From NCBI GenBank assembly GCA_963827475.1, contig CAWHAZ010000005.1, forward strand, positions 832,001 to 896,000: DNA of 64,000 nt, in the 5' to 3' direction. The stretch's first letter is position 1. Each line of letters begins with the position of its first letter. The notes below the pieces were generated by a model. That model did not search any database. It saw only the letters and a program-made list of their open reading frames with translations, and was not told where the DNA came from. The translations under genes were made by a program, and so were the position numbers. The stretch is from an uncultured Chloroflexia bacterium (GTDB taxonomy: Bacteria > Chloroflexota > Limnocylindria > QHBO01). This document shows, piece by piece, positions 56,039 through 64,000 of the stretch.

Positions 56039-57701
56039 TCAGACCTCGAGCACGATGGGCAGGATCATCGGTCGGCGGTGAGTCTTCTCGTAGAAGAAGC
56101 GGCTGAGCACGTCGTGGATCTTCGACTTCAGGTACCCCGGCTCCGCCCGCTGGCCCTCGCCGGTCTGCTCCAGCGCCTTGGCGAGGTGAGCGCGAGCCTC
56201 CTCCATCACCGGGTCGTCGGGGTCGGACAGGAAGCCGCGGCCGGTGAGGTCGGGGCCGCTCACGGGCCGTCCGGTGGCCGCGGCCACGGTCAGGGCCACG
56301 GTCACTACACCGTCCATGGCGAGCGCCCGCCGGTCACGGAGAATGACCCCGTCCACGCCGTCCACGGCGGCCAGGCCGTCCACCAGCACCGCGCCGGCCG
56401 GGACGCTGCCCGCGAGTCGGGCCCGCTGCCCGTCGAACTCGACCACCTGTCCATTCTGCAGGACGAAGATGCGGTCGACGGCCACCCCGGCCCCCTCGGC
56501 CAGCAGCGCATGCTGGACGAGCATCCGGTACTCGCCGTGGACCGGGATGAAGTGGCGCGGCTTGGCCAGGCCGAGCATGAGCTTGAGCTCCTCGCGCGAG
56601 CCGTGGCCCGAGACGTGGCAGTGGGTCATCGGCTCGTAGTGGACCATCGCGCCTTCCTTGAACAGGTTGTCGATGGTCCGCGCGACCGCCTCCTCGTTGC
56701 CGGGGATCGGCGAGGCGGACAGGATCACCGTGTCGCCGGGCACGATCGTGATGCTCCGGTGGTCGCGGTTGCTCATCCGGGTCAGCCCGGACATCGGCTC
56801 GCCCTGCGAGCCGGTGGTGACGACCATCAGTCGCGACGGGTCCAGTCGGTCGAGCTGGTCCTTGCGCACGACCGTGCCGTCGCGCCCATCGAGATAGCCC
56901 AGCTCGGTGGCGATGGCCGCGTTCTGCTCCATGCTCCGACCGATGAGCACGACCTTGCGGCCGTGCTCCGCGGCGGCATCGATGGCCTGTTGCACGCGAC
57001 CGATGTTCGACGCGAAGGTGGCCATGATGACCCGGCCTTGGGCGGCCCCGATCAGCTGGCGGAGCGACTCCCCGACCGTGGCCTCGGACAGCGTGTAGCC
57101 CTCGCGCTCGGCCCGCGTCGAGTCCGACAGGAGGAAGTCCACGCCCTGCTTCCCCCACTCGGCGATGAGGCCGAGATCGGCGCGCGTCCCGTCCGGTGGG
57201 GTGTGGTCGAACTTGAAGTCCCCGGTGTGGATGATCGTCCCCCGCTGATGGCGGATCGCGAACCCGACGCCGCCGGGAATGGAGTGGTTGACCCGGAACG
57301 GGGTGATCGCGGAACGCGCCGACCGTGAACTCGACCCCCGGCTCGACCTCGTGGAGGGTGGTCGAGCCGAGCAGCTTGTGCTCCTTGAGCTTGCCGGTGA
57401 CCAGGCCGATGGTCAGCTTGCTGGCGTAGATCGGGGTGCCGCTGATCCGGGGCAGGACGTACGGCAGGCCGCCGGTATGGTCCTCGTGGCCGTGGGTCAG
57501 GACGATGCCGCGGACCTGGTCGCGGTGCTCGGCGAGATAGGTCGCGTCGGGCACGACCAGGTCGATGCCGAGCATGTCCGGATCGGGGAAGGCGAGACCG
57601 CAGTCGACGACGACGATCTCGTCATCGGCCTCGATGGCGGTGATGTTCTTGCCGACCTCGCCGACCCCGCCCAGCGGGATGATGCGTAGGGTTCCTGGCA
57701 T
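56039..57701 (-). CDS. rnj: Ribonuclease J, frameshifts near 57315 and 57245
   Basis: PLGGVGEVGKN, THGHEDH, HTGDFK, FASNI.R, GSQGEP, HVSGHG, PVHGE, RRPMILP. Confidence 0.93.
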
Positions 57702-57724
57702 TGGGTCCTTTCAGATAGCTGTGT

Positions 57725-58420
57725 TCAGAAAAGTGTGAGTTGGTCGTCGTCCCGGGACGCCGGCAGCGGCGCCTCGGCGGGTGAGTCACCCGGCGAGTCA
57801 CCCGGCCCCACGGGCGTGATTCCCTGGTCTGCCCCCTCCGCCTGCTCGGCGGCGAGCGCCTCGCGCGCCTCCAGGAGCGCCGCCGGCAGCGCCGCGAAGT
57901 CTCGGGCCAGCGTCTCGCGCAGGGCCGTGGCCCGGAGCGCGGCAGCGGGATGGTACATCGGCAGCACAAACCGGCTGCCCGATCGGCGGAGGCGGCCGTG
58001 GACCTCCGAGATGCGCGCCCCGGGCAGGTAGCGCTGGAGCGAATACCGGCCGAGGGTCACGATCAGGACCGGGTCCAGCGCCCGCTCCTGGCGGTCGAGG
58101 TACGGGCCGCACGCGGCGATCTCGGTCGGCTCAGGGTCCCGGTTGCCGGGCGGGCGGCACTTCACCACGTTGGTGATGAACACGTCGCTCCGCCCCCAGC
58201 CGATCGAGCCGAGCATCTCCTCGAGGAGCTGTCCAGCGGCGCCCACGAACGGGCGGCCGGTGGCGTCTTCCCGCTGGCCGGGCCCCTCCCCAACGAGCAG
58301 GACGTCGCTGATCAGGTTCCCCTCCCCTGGAACGGCCAACGTGCGGCCGTTCGCCAGGGGACAGCGGGTACAGGCTCGCACCTCGGCCGCGACCGCGGCG
58401 AGATCGGCCTCCCCGCTCAT
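57725..58420 (-). CDS. Family 4 uracil-DNA glycosylase
   Basis: CTRC, VGEGPG, GRPFVG.AG, NVVKCRPP.NR, YHPAA. Confidence 0.92.
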   Translation of the reverse strand: MSGEADLAAVAAEVRACTRCPLANGRTLAVPGEGNLISDVLLVGEGPGQREDATGRPFVGAAGQLLEEMLGSIGWGRSDVFITNVVKCRPPGNRDPEPTEIAACGPYLDRQERALDPVLIVTLGRYSLQRYLPGARISEVHGRLRRSGSRFVLPMYHPAAALRATALRETLARDFAALPAALLEAREALAAEQAEGADQGITPVGPGDSPGDSPAEAPLPASRDDDQLTLF

Positions 58421-58436
58421 TCGGGGATTGTCCGCC

Positions 58437-61070
58437 TTACGAGCGCTCCGCGTCCGACCCGGCCGCAGCCCCGACGCCGGAGTGGGCCATGTGCCGCTCC
58501 ATCGCCGCGCGCCGGCTGAGGTTGACGCGACCCATGCGGTCGATCTCGGTCACGACCACCATCAGCTCGTCGCCGATGGTCACGACGTCCTCGACGCGAG
58601 CCACCCGGTAGTCGGCCAGCTGGCTGATGTGGACCAGCCCCTCCTTGCCCGGCAGGATCTCGACGAAGGCCCCGAAGTTCATGATCCGGGTGACCTTGCC
58701 GAGGTACTCCTTGCCGACCTCGACGTCGCGGGTCAGGCCCTCGATCCAGCGGACCGCCTTCTCGGCGGCCTCGCCGTCCACGGCGGCAATCTGGATCGTG
58801 CCGTCGTCCTCGACGTTGATCTGGGTTCCGGTCTCGGCCGTGATCTGGCGGATCACCTTGCCGCCGGCGCCAATGACGTCGCGGATCTTGTCGACCGGGA
58901 TCTTCAGGGTCGTGATCCGTGGCGCGTACGGGCTCAGCTCCGAACGGCTGGCGCTGATGACCGAGGTCATCTTGTCCAGGATGAACAGTCGCGCGGTGCG
59001 CGCCTGCTCCAGGGCGTCGCGGAGGATCTCCGCCGTGATGCCGGCCACCTTGATGTCCATCTGGAGGGCGGTCACGCCCTCGGCCGTGCCGGCCACCTTG
59101 AAGTCCATGTCGCCGTACGCGTCTTCCTTGCCGGTGATATCGGTCAGGACCGCGTAGCGGTTGGTGTCCGGGTCGGTGATCAGGCCCATGGCCGCGCCGG
59201 CCACCGGGGCCGAGATCGGCACGCCGGCGTCCATCAGCGACAGGGTGCTGCCGCAGGTGCTCGCCATCGAGGTCGAGCCGTTGGACGACACCACCTCGCT
59301 GACGACGCGGATGACGTACGGGAACTCGTCAACCGAGGGCAGGACCGGCAGCAGCGCCCGCTCGGCGAGCGCGCCGTGGCCGATCTCTCGGCGGCCGGGG
59401 CCCCGCATCGGTCGTGACTCACCCACCGAGTACGGCGGGAAGTTGTAGTGGTGGAGGTACCGCTTCTCGGTCTCCGGCCCGATCGTGTCCAGGCGCTGGA
59501 CGTCGCTCGAGGGACCGAGGGTGGCGATGGACAGGGCCTGGGTCTGGCCGCGGGTGAACAGGCCCGAGCCGTGCGTCCGCGGCAGGACGCCGACCTCGAC
59601 CGAGATCGGTCGGATGGTCGTCGCGTCGCGGCCGTCGATCCGGATGTTCTCCGACAGGACGAGCTCGCGAGCGCCGGCCTTGGTCAGGACGTCCATCAGG
59701 GGCGAGCCGATGCCGTGGCGGCGGCGGACGTCCTCCAGGGCCTGTCCCTGCTCGGCGCGGTTGTACGCTTCCTTGCCCCGCCGAATTTCGGCCGCGATAT
59801 CGGCCCGGACAGCGTCCAGCCGCTCGATGAGGTTGCCGGTCAGGCTGATGAACAGCTCGGCGGTGGCCTCCGCGTCGGGCATGGCCCGGTGCGCAGCCGG
59901 ATGGTCCTTGCCGAAGATGAAGCGCATGAGGTCGGCCAGCTTGTAGCCGCCGGCATCGGGGTAGAGCTGGTAGGCCAGCTCGAGGGTGTCGTAGATCGCG
60001 CTGGGAGCCCACTCGACGTCATTCGGCAGATGGCGCAGCACGAACGGCAGGTCGAAGGCCACGTTGTGGGCCACCACCGGGGCGTTGCCGACCCACTCGA
60101 CGAACTTGGGGAGCACCTCGGCCGCGGTCGCGGCGGAGGACACGTCTTCATCGGTCAGGCCGTGGATCTGGTGACCGATGATCGAGCGACCGGGGTTGAC
60201 CAGCGACTCGAAGCGGTCGACCACTTCGCCGTCCCGCACGCGCAGGGCGGCGATGTCCACGATGTAGCCCTGCTCGGGCTTCATGGCCGTGGTCTCGACG
60301 TCGAGGATCACGAACTCGGCGCCCTTCTGGCTGAGGGCGCGGCCGAGCTTGACGATGGAGTCGGCCTTCGGGCCGATGAACGGCGAGCGCTTGGGCGTCC
60401 CGGAGTTGGCGACCAGCTTCTCCTGGATGTCGATCGACTTCTGGAGCTCGCTGTGGCCCCAGGTGATCGCGTCGAGCATGACCGCCTCGGGCAGGATCTT
60501 CGCCCCGGCCTCGACCATCATGATCGCGTCGCGGGTGCCGGCCACGACCAGGTCCATGTCGCTGTTTTCCAGCTGGCTGGTCGTCGGGTTGGCCACGAAC
60601 TGGCCGTCGACCCGGCCGACGCGGACGGCGCCCACGGGGCCGAGGAACGGGATGCTGCTCACGCTGAGCGCGGCCGAAGCGCCGTTCACGGCGAGGATGT
60701 CGGGGTCGTTCTCCTGGTCCGCGCTGAGGACGGTCAGGACGACCTGGACGTCGTTCTTGTAGCCCTTCGGGAACAGGGGGCGAATCGGCCGGTCCGTGAG
60801 GCGCATGGCCAGGATGGCCGCCTCCGACGGGCGCGACTCGCGCTTGATGAAGCCGCCGGGGATCTTGCCCGCGGCGTACATCCGCTCCTCGTAGTCGACG
60901 GTGAGCGGGAAGAAGTCGATCCCCTCCCGGGGCTCGGACGAGACGGCGGTGGCGAGCACGACCGTGTCGCCGTAGCGGAGCACGACGGCGCCGTCCGCCT
61001 GTTCGGCGAGCTTGCCCGTCTCCATGGACAGGGTCTGCCCGCCGATTTCAGTTTCAACCTTGATGGCCAA
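58437..61070 (-). CDS. pnp: Polynucleotide phosphorylase with inserted DEDDh exonuclease domain
   Basis: [52 protein letters not shown] and S1; extra domain at about 59841-60317. Confidence 0.95.
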   Translation of the reverse strand: MAIKVETEIGGQTLSMETGKLAEQADGAVVLRYGDTVVLATAVSSEPREGIDFFPLTVDYEERMYAAGKIPGGFIKRESRPSEAAILAMRLTDRPIRPLFPKGYKNDVQVVLTVLSADQENDPDILAVNGASAALSVSSIPFLGPVGAVRVGRVDGQFVANPTTSQLENSDMDLVVAGTRDAIMMVEAGAKILPEAVMLDAITWGHSELQKSIDIQEKLVANSGTPKRSPFIGPKADSIVKLGRALSQKGAEFVILDVETTAMKPEQGYIVDIAALRVRDGEVVDRFESLVNPGRSIIGHQIHGLTDEDVSSAATAAEVLPKFVEWVGNAPVVAHNVAFDLPFVLRHLPNDVEWAPSAIYDTLELAYQLYPDAGGYKLADLMRFIFGKDHPAAHRAMPDAEATAELFISLTGNLIERLDAVRADIAAEIRRGKEAYNRAEQGQALEDVRRRHGIGSPLMDVLTKAGARELVLSENIRIDGRDATTIRPISVEVGVLPRTHGSGLFTRGQTQALSIATLGPSSDVQRLDTIGPETEKRYLHHYNFPPYSVGESRPMRGPGRREIGHGALAERALLPVLPSVDEFPYVIRVVSEVVSSNGSTSMASTCGSTLSLMDAGVPISAPVAGAAMGLITDPDTNRYAVLTDITGKEDAYGDMDFKVAGTAEGVTALQMDIKVAGITAEILRDALEQARTARLFILDKMTSVISASRSELSPYAPRITTLKIPVDKIRDVIGAGGKVIRQITAETGTQINVEDDGTIQIAAVDGEAAEKAVRWIEGLTRDVEVGKEYLGKVTRIMNFGAFVEILPGKEGLVHISQLADYRVARVEDVVTIGDELMVVVTEIDRMGRVNLSRRAAMERHMAHSGVGAAAGSDAERS

Positions 61071-61202
61071 GAGTTTCCTCCAATGTGGTGGTCCGCTCCG
61101 GCGCGGCAGACCCGGATCGGGTGGCGCGGCACGGACGGGGTGCGTCGCGAAGGACGCGAAATACGGGAATCCCGGCGGAGCCGGGTCAGTGGGTAGGTGA
61201 CG

Positions 61203-61472
61203 TTACCTTCGCAGGCCGAGTCGGCCGATGACCGCGCGATAGCGGTCCACGTCCGTGCGGACGAGGTAGGCCAGGAGTCGGCGGCGCTGCCCGACGAGCT
61301 TCAACAGCCCGCGGCGCGAGGCATTGTCGTTGGGATAGCTGCGGAGATGATCGGTCAATGACTTGATCCGCTCGGTCAGGAGCGCGATCTGCACCTCGGG
61401 CGAACCGGTGTCGCCGTCGTGGGTGGCGAAGTCATTGGCGACAGCGACCTTCGTTGCCGGGTCGAGCGGCAT
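61203..61472 (-). CDS. rpsO: 30S ribosomal protein S15
   Basis: [34 protein letters not shown]. Confidence 0.97.
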   Translation of the reverse strand: MPLDPATKVAVANDFATHDGDTGSPEVQIALLTERIKSLTDHLRSYPNDNASRRGLLKLVGQRRRLLAYLVRTDVDRYRAVIGRLGLRR

Positions 61473-61513
61473 TCATCCTCCAATTTCAAACGTCTTTCGT
61501 CCGGCGCATCGTA

Positions 61514-62447
61514 TCAGACGGCCACGTTGAGCGCGGCGCGGGCATCGGATTCGTCCCGTTTCATCTGCTCGATCAGATCGTCGACCGATGCAAATGTGCG
61601 TTCCTCGCGCAGGCGGGCCGCGACCTCAACCCGCAGCTCCTGGTCGTACAGGTCGCCGTCCCAGTCGAGGAGATGGGCCTCGAAGACAACGTCGCCATCG
61701 GTATGGAACACCGGACGTCGGCCGACGCTGATCAGCGCTGGTTGACCGATGGCCCAGCCGGCGTAGATGCCGAGCGCCGGCAGTGCGGGACGGTAGCCAA
61801 AGGCGAGGTTGGCGGTGGGATAGCCGAGCTCGCGGCCGCGACCGTCGCCACGGACCACGGTCCCGGTCACCGCCGACAGGCGACCGAGGAGCCGATGCGC
61901 GGTCTCCACGTCACCGTCGGCCAGGGCCTGGCGGATCCGGGACGAGGAGATCACGCCGTCGTCCGTCTCGGGCTCGACGAGCACGACCTCGAACCCGCGC
62001 TGGGCGCCAATCTCCGTCAACCGCTCCGGCGTACCGGCTCGGTCCTTCCCGAACGAGCTATCCGGGGTCATGAGCGATGGCAACGGGGCGTAGGCCAGGT
62101 CCCAACCGGTCGAGGAACACCTCGGGCGGCAAATCGCGGACGGCGGGGTCGAACCGCACGGCGAGGGGCTGGACGCCCACCGCCGCGATGTGCTCGAGGT
62201 TCTCTGCCAGCGGAGCAAGACGCTCCACGGTGCGGTCCGTGCGGATGACCTCGATCGGCGATGGGTCGAAGACGAGCGCCACCGGCTGGGCATCGCGGGC
62301 CGCGGCTGCCTCCCGGGTCGCCGAGAGGAGGTACCGATGTCCCCGATGCACTCCGTCGAAGACGCCGAGCGCGAGCGCGACCGGCCCGATCGACAGCTCG
62401 GCGACCTCGTCGAGGGCGAGGACGCGGTGGGTGATGGTGGCAGTCAT
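61514..62447 (-). CDS. ribF: Riboflavin kinase/FAD synthetase, frameshift(s) near 62070-62100
   Basis: GVFDGVHRGH, then FGKDRAG, ISSSRIR, GRELGYPTAN, EAHLLD, LREERTF. Confidence 0.92.
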
Positions 62448-63316
62448 CCGCCTTCGACCAGCACAGTCCGCGGATGGAGGCGGCCGTCCCGCAGCTCCCC
62501 GATCCCGAGCAGCCCGGACGGCCCGTGGACCTGGACCCGCCCCTCACCGAACCACGCCAGCTCTCCGCCGTGGGTGAATCGGCTCGCCTGGTCGGCGTCG
62601 AGGGTCACCGGCTGCAAGTCGAGCAGGCGCTCGACGGGAATGATTGCCACGTCCAGCCGCCCCTCGGTGGCCAACGACTCCAGCGCATCCGGCGTCCGCC
62701 CCTCGGTGGCGGTCAGTCCCGCGGCCTCCGTCCGGCGCAGGGCGTGGAGGTAGCCGCCGCAGCCCAGCTGCTCCCCGAGGTCCCGGGCCACCGAGCGCAC
62801 GTAGGTTCCCGGACCGGTCTCGAGGTCGAGGCGGACGTCGAGCCAGCCCTCGCCCTGAGTCGTGCCCAGCAGCCTGATCGCGTGGATCGTGACCTCTCGT
62901 GGCTCGAGCTCCAGCACCGATCCCCCGCGTGCGGCCTCGTAGGCGACCACACCGCCCGACTTGCGCGCGGAGTAGGCCGGCGGCCGTTGCGCGAACGTGC
63001 CGACGAACCCGGGGAGCACCTCCCGGACCGCGTCCTCGCCAGGCGGCTCGGTGCCGGGTTCGATCGGTCCCTCGCCGTCATCGGTCCGTGACCGGAATCC
63101 CAGGCGGACCACCGCGTCGTACCGCTTCCGGCCCCCGGTCAGCTCCTGGGACAGCCGGGTAGCGGGCCCGACCAGGATCGGCAGCACGCCTGATGCCAGT
63201 GGATCCAGGGTGCCGGCGTGCCCGATTCGGCGCAGCCCGGTCAGCCGTCGGACGAGGCCGACCATGTCGTGCGAGGTGGGACCGACCGGCTTGTCGAGGT
63301 TAATGACGCCGATCAT
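62444..63316 (-). CDS. truB: tRNA pseudouridine(55) synthase
   Basis: LDKPVGPTSHD, GHAGTLDPLASGVL, QRPPAYSA, GTYVRS. Confidence 0.96.
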   Translation of the reverse strand: MIGVINLDKPVGPTSHDMVGLVRRLTGLRRIGHAGTLDPLASGVLPILVGPATRLSQELTGGRKRYDAVVRLGFRSRTDDGEGPIEPGTEPPGEDAVREVLPGFVGTFAQRPPAYSARKSGGVVAYEAARGGSVLELEPREVTIHAIRLLGTTQGEGWLDVRLDLETGPGTYVRSVARDLGEQLGCGGYLHALRRTEAAGLTATEGRTPDALESLATEGRLDVAIIPVERLLDLQPVTLDADQASRFTHGGELAWFGEGRVQVHGPSGLLGIGELRDGRLHPRTVLVEGG

Positions 63317-64000
63317 CGGCGCGTTTCAGCTCCCGCTCGCACTCGGCGAGGACCTGCACCCGGGCGTCCGCAAGCGGCGCCGCGACCGTGCAGCCCGCCG
63401 CGCGGGCATGACCACCCCCGCCGAAGACCGATGCCACCGCCACCGCGTCGGCCACGTCCGTGGTGCGGATGCTGACCCGTGTGGCGTCGGGGCCGTGCTC
63501 CTTGAACAGCAGGACGATGTCCGCCTCCTTCGACAGGCTGAGGATGTCGATGAACCCCTCCGAAGCCTCCCGCGTGGCGCCGGTCTCGGTCAGCATGGCC
63601 TCGGTCATCGCGGCGTGGACGATGCGTCCTTCAGCGGCGAACCCCACCGTGCCCAGGATCCGGCCCCAGACCGCGATCGTGACGTTGGACTTCTCGGCGT
63701 AGATCTTGCGATTGATCTCCGACAGGGAGGCTCCGGCCTCGACCAGGGCGGCGGCCACCCGCAGGGTTCGCGGCGTGACGTTGGGGTGAGCGAAGGTGTG
63801 GGTGTCGTTCACCATGCCGGCCAGGAGGACCGTGGCCAGCTCCTGGTCCAGCTCGACGCCCAGGTCCGGTAGAAGCAGGGCGACCATCTCGCACGTCGAC
63901 GCGGCCTCGGCATCAACGTGGTTCACCGCGCCGAAGCCGGGATTGCTCACGTGGTGGTCGATGTTCACGATCCGCGCCCGCTCGAGCCATGCCCCATGGT
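63300..64000 (-). CDS. nrnA: DHH family phosphoesterase (NrnA-like), 5' partial
   Basis: NIDHH, ASTCE, GMVNDT and DHHA1 GGGGHARAAG; upstream of truB. Confidence 0.88.
   Translation of the reverse strand, partial: HGAWLERARIVNIDHHVSNPGFGAVNHVDAEAASTCEMVALLLPDLGVELDQELATVLLAGMVNDTHTFAHPNVTPRTLRVAAALVEAGASLSEINRKIYAEKSNVTIAVWGRILGTVGFAAEGRIVHAAMTEAMLTETGATREASEGFIDILSLSKEADIVLLFKEHGPDATRVSIRTTDVADAVAVASVFGGGGHARAAGCTVAAPLADARVQVLAECERELKRADDRRH

Noticed and set aside
59841-60317. Intein in PNPase
   Set aside because: No intein terminal motifs (N-terminal Cys/Ser block, His-Asn end) or LAGLIDADG blocks are visible; the insert has DEDDh motifs.
61071-61202. Structured ncRNA in the rpsO-pnp spacer
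   Set aside because: Only short GC-rich hairpins are present, which are expected by chance at this composition, and no family is recognisable.

Overview
High-GC (roughly 70% by eye) chromosomal core region. Gene content and synteny suggest a monoderm, probably Chloroflexota-like bacterium (inference only). Left: mutS2, class A PBP, tyrS, EF-G2, a tandem AI-2E transporter and yebC-ruvC-ruvA. About 20 kb then separate ruvA from ruvB, holding a GH63-like glycosidase and a purine catabolism cluster (xanthine dehydrogenase, XdhC, MocA, uricase, HIU hydrolase, OHCU decarboxylase, cyclic amidohydrolase, malate synthase). After ruvB come an NCS2 permease, queA, tgt, recA and recX. Between recX and rny sits an accessory module: a c-di-GMP-I riboswitch, an exported subtilase ending in 16 Trp-containing pentapeptides ((GNSWS)n), and a membrane GAF-GGDEF-EAL protein. 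The + strand block (rny-ymdB-miaA-hflX) and the - strand block (nrnA-truB-ribF-rpsO-pnp-udg-rnj-ftsK-rodZ-yajQ-cinA-murC) converge on a 28-bp dif-like site at 49379. The PNPase carries an in-frame DEDDh exonuclease domain. About ten genes have single-base frameshifts that look like sequencing errors. No rRNA, tRNA, CRISPR array or IS element was seen.
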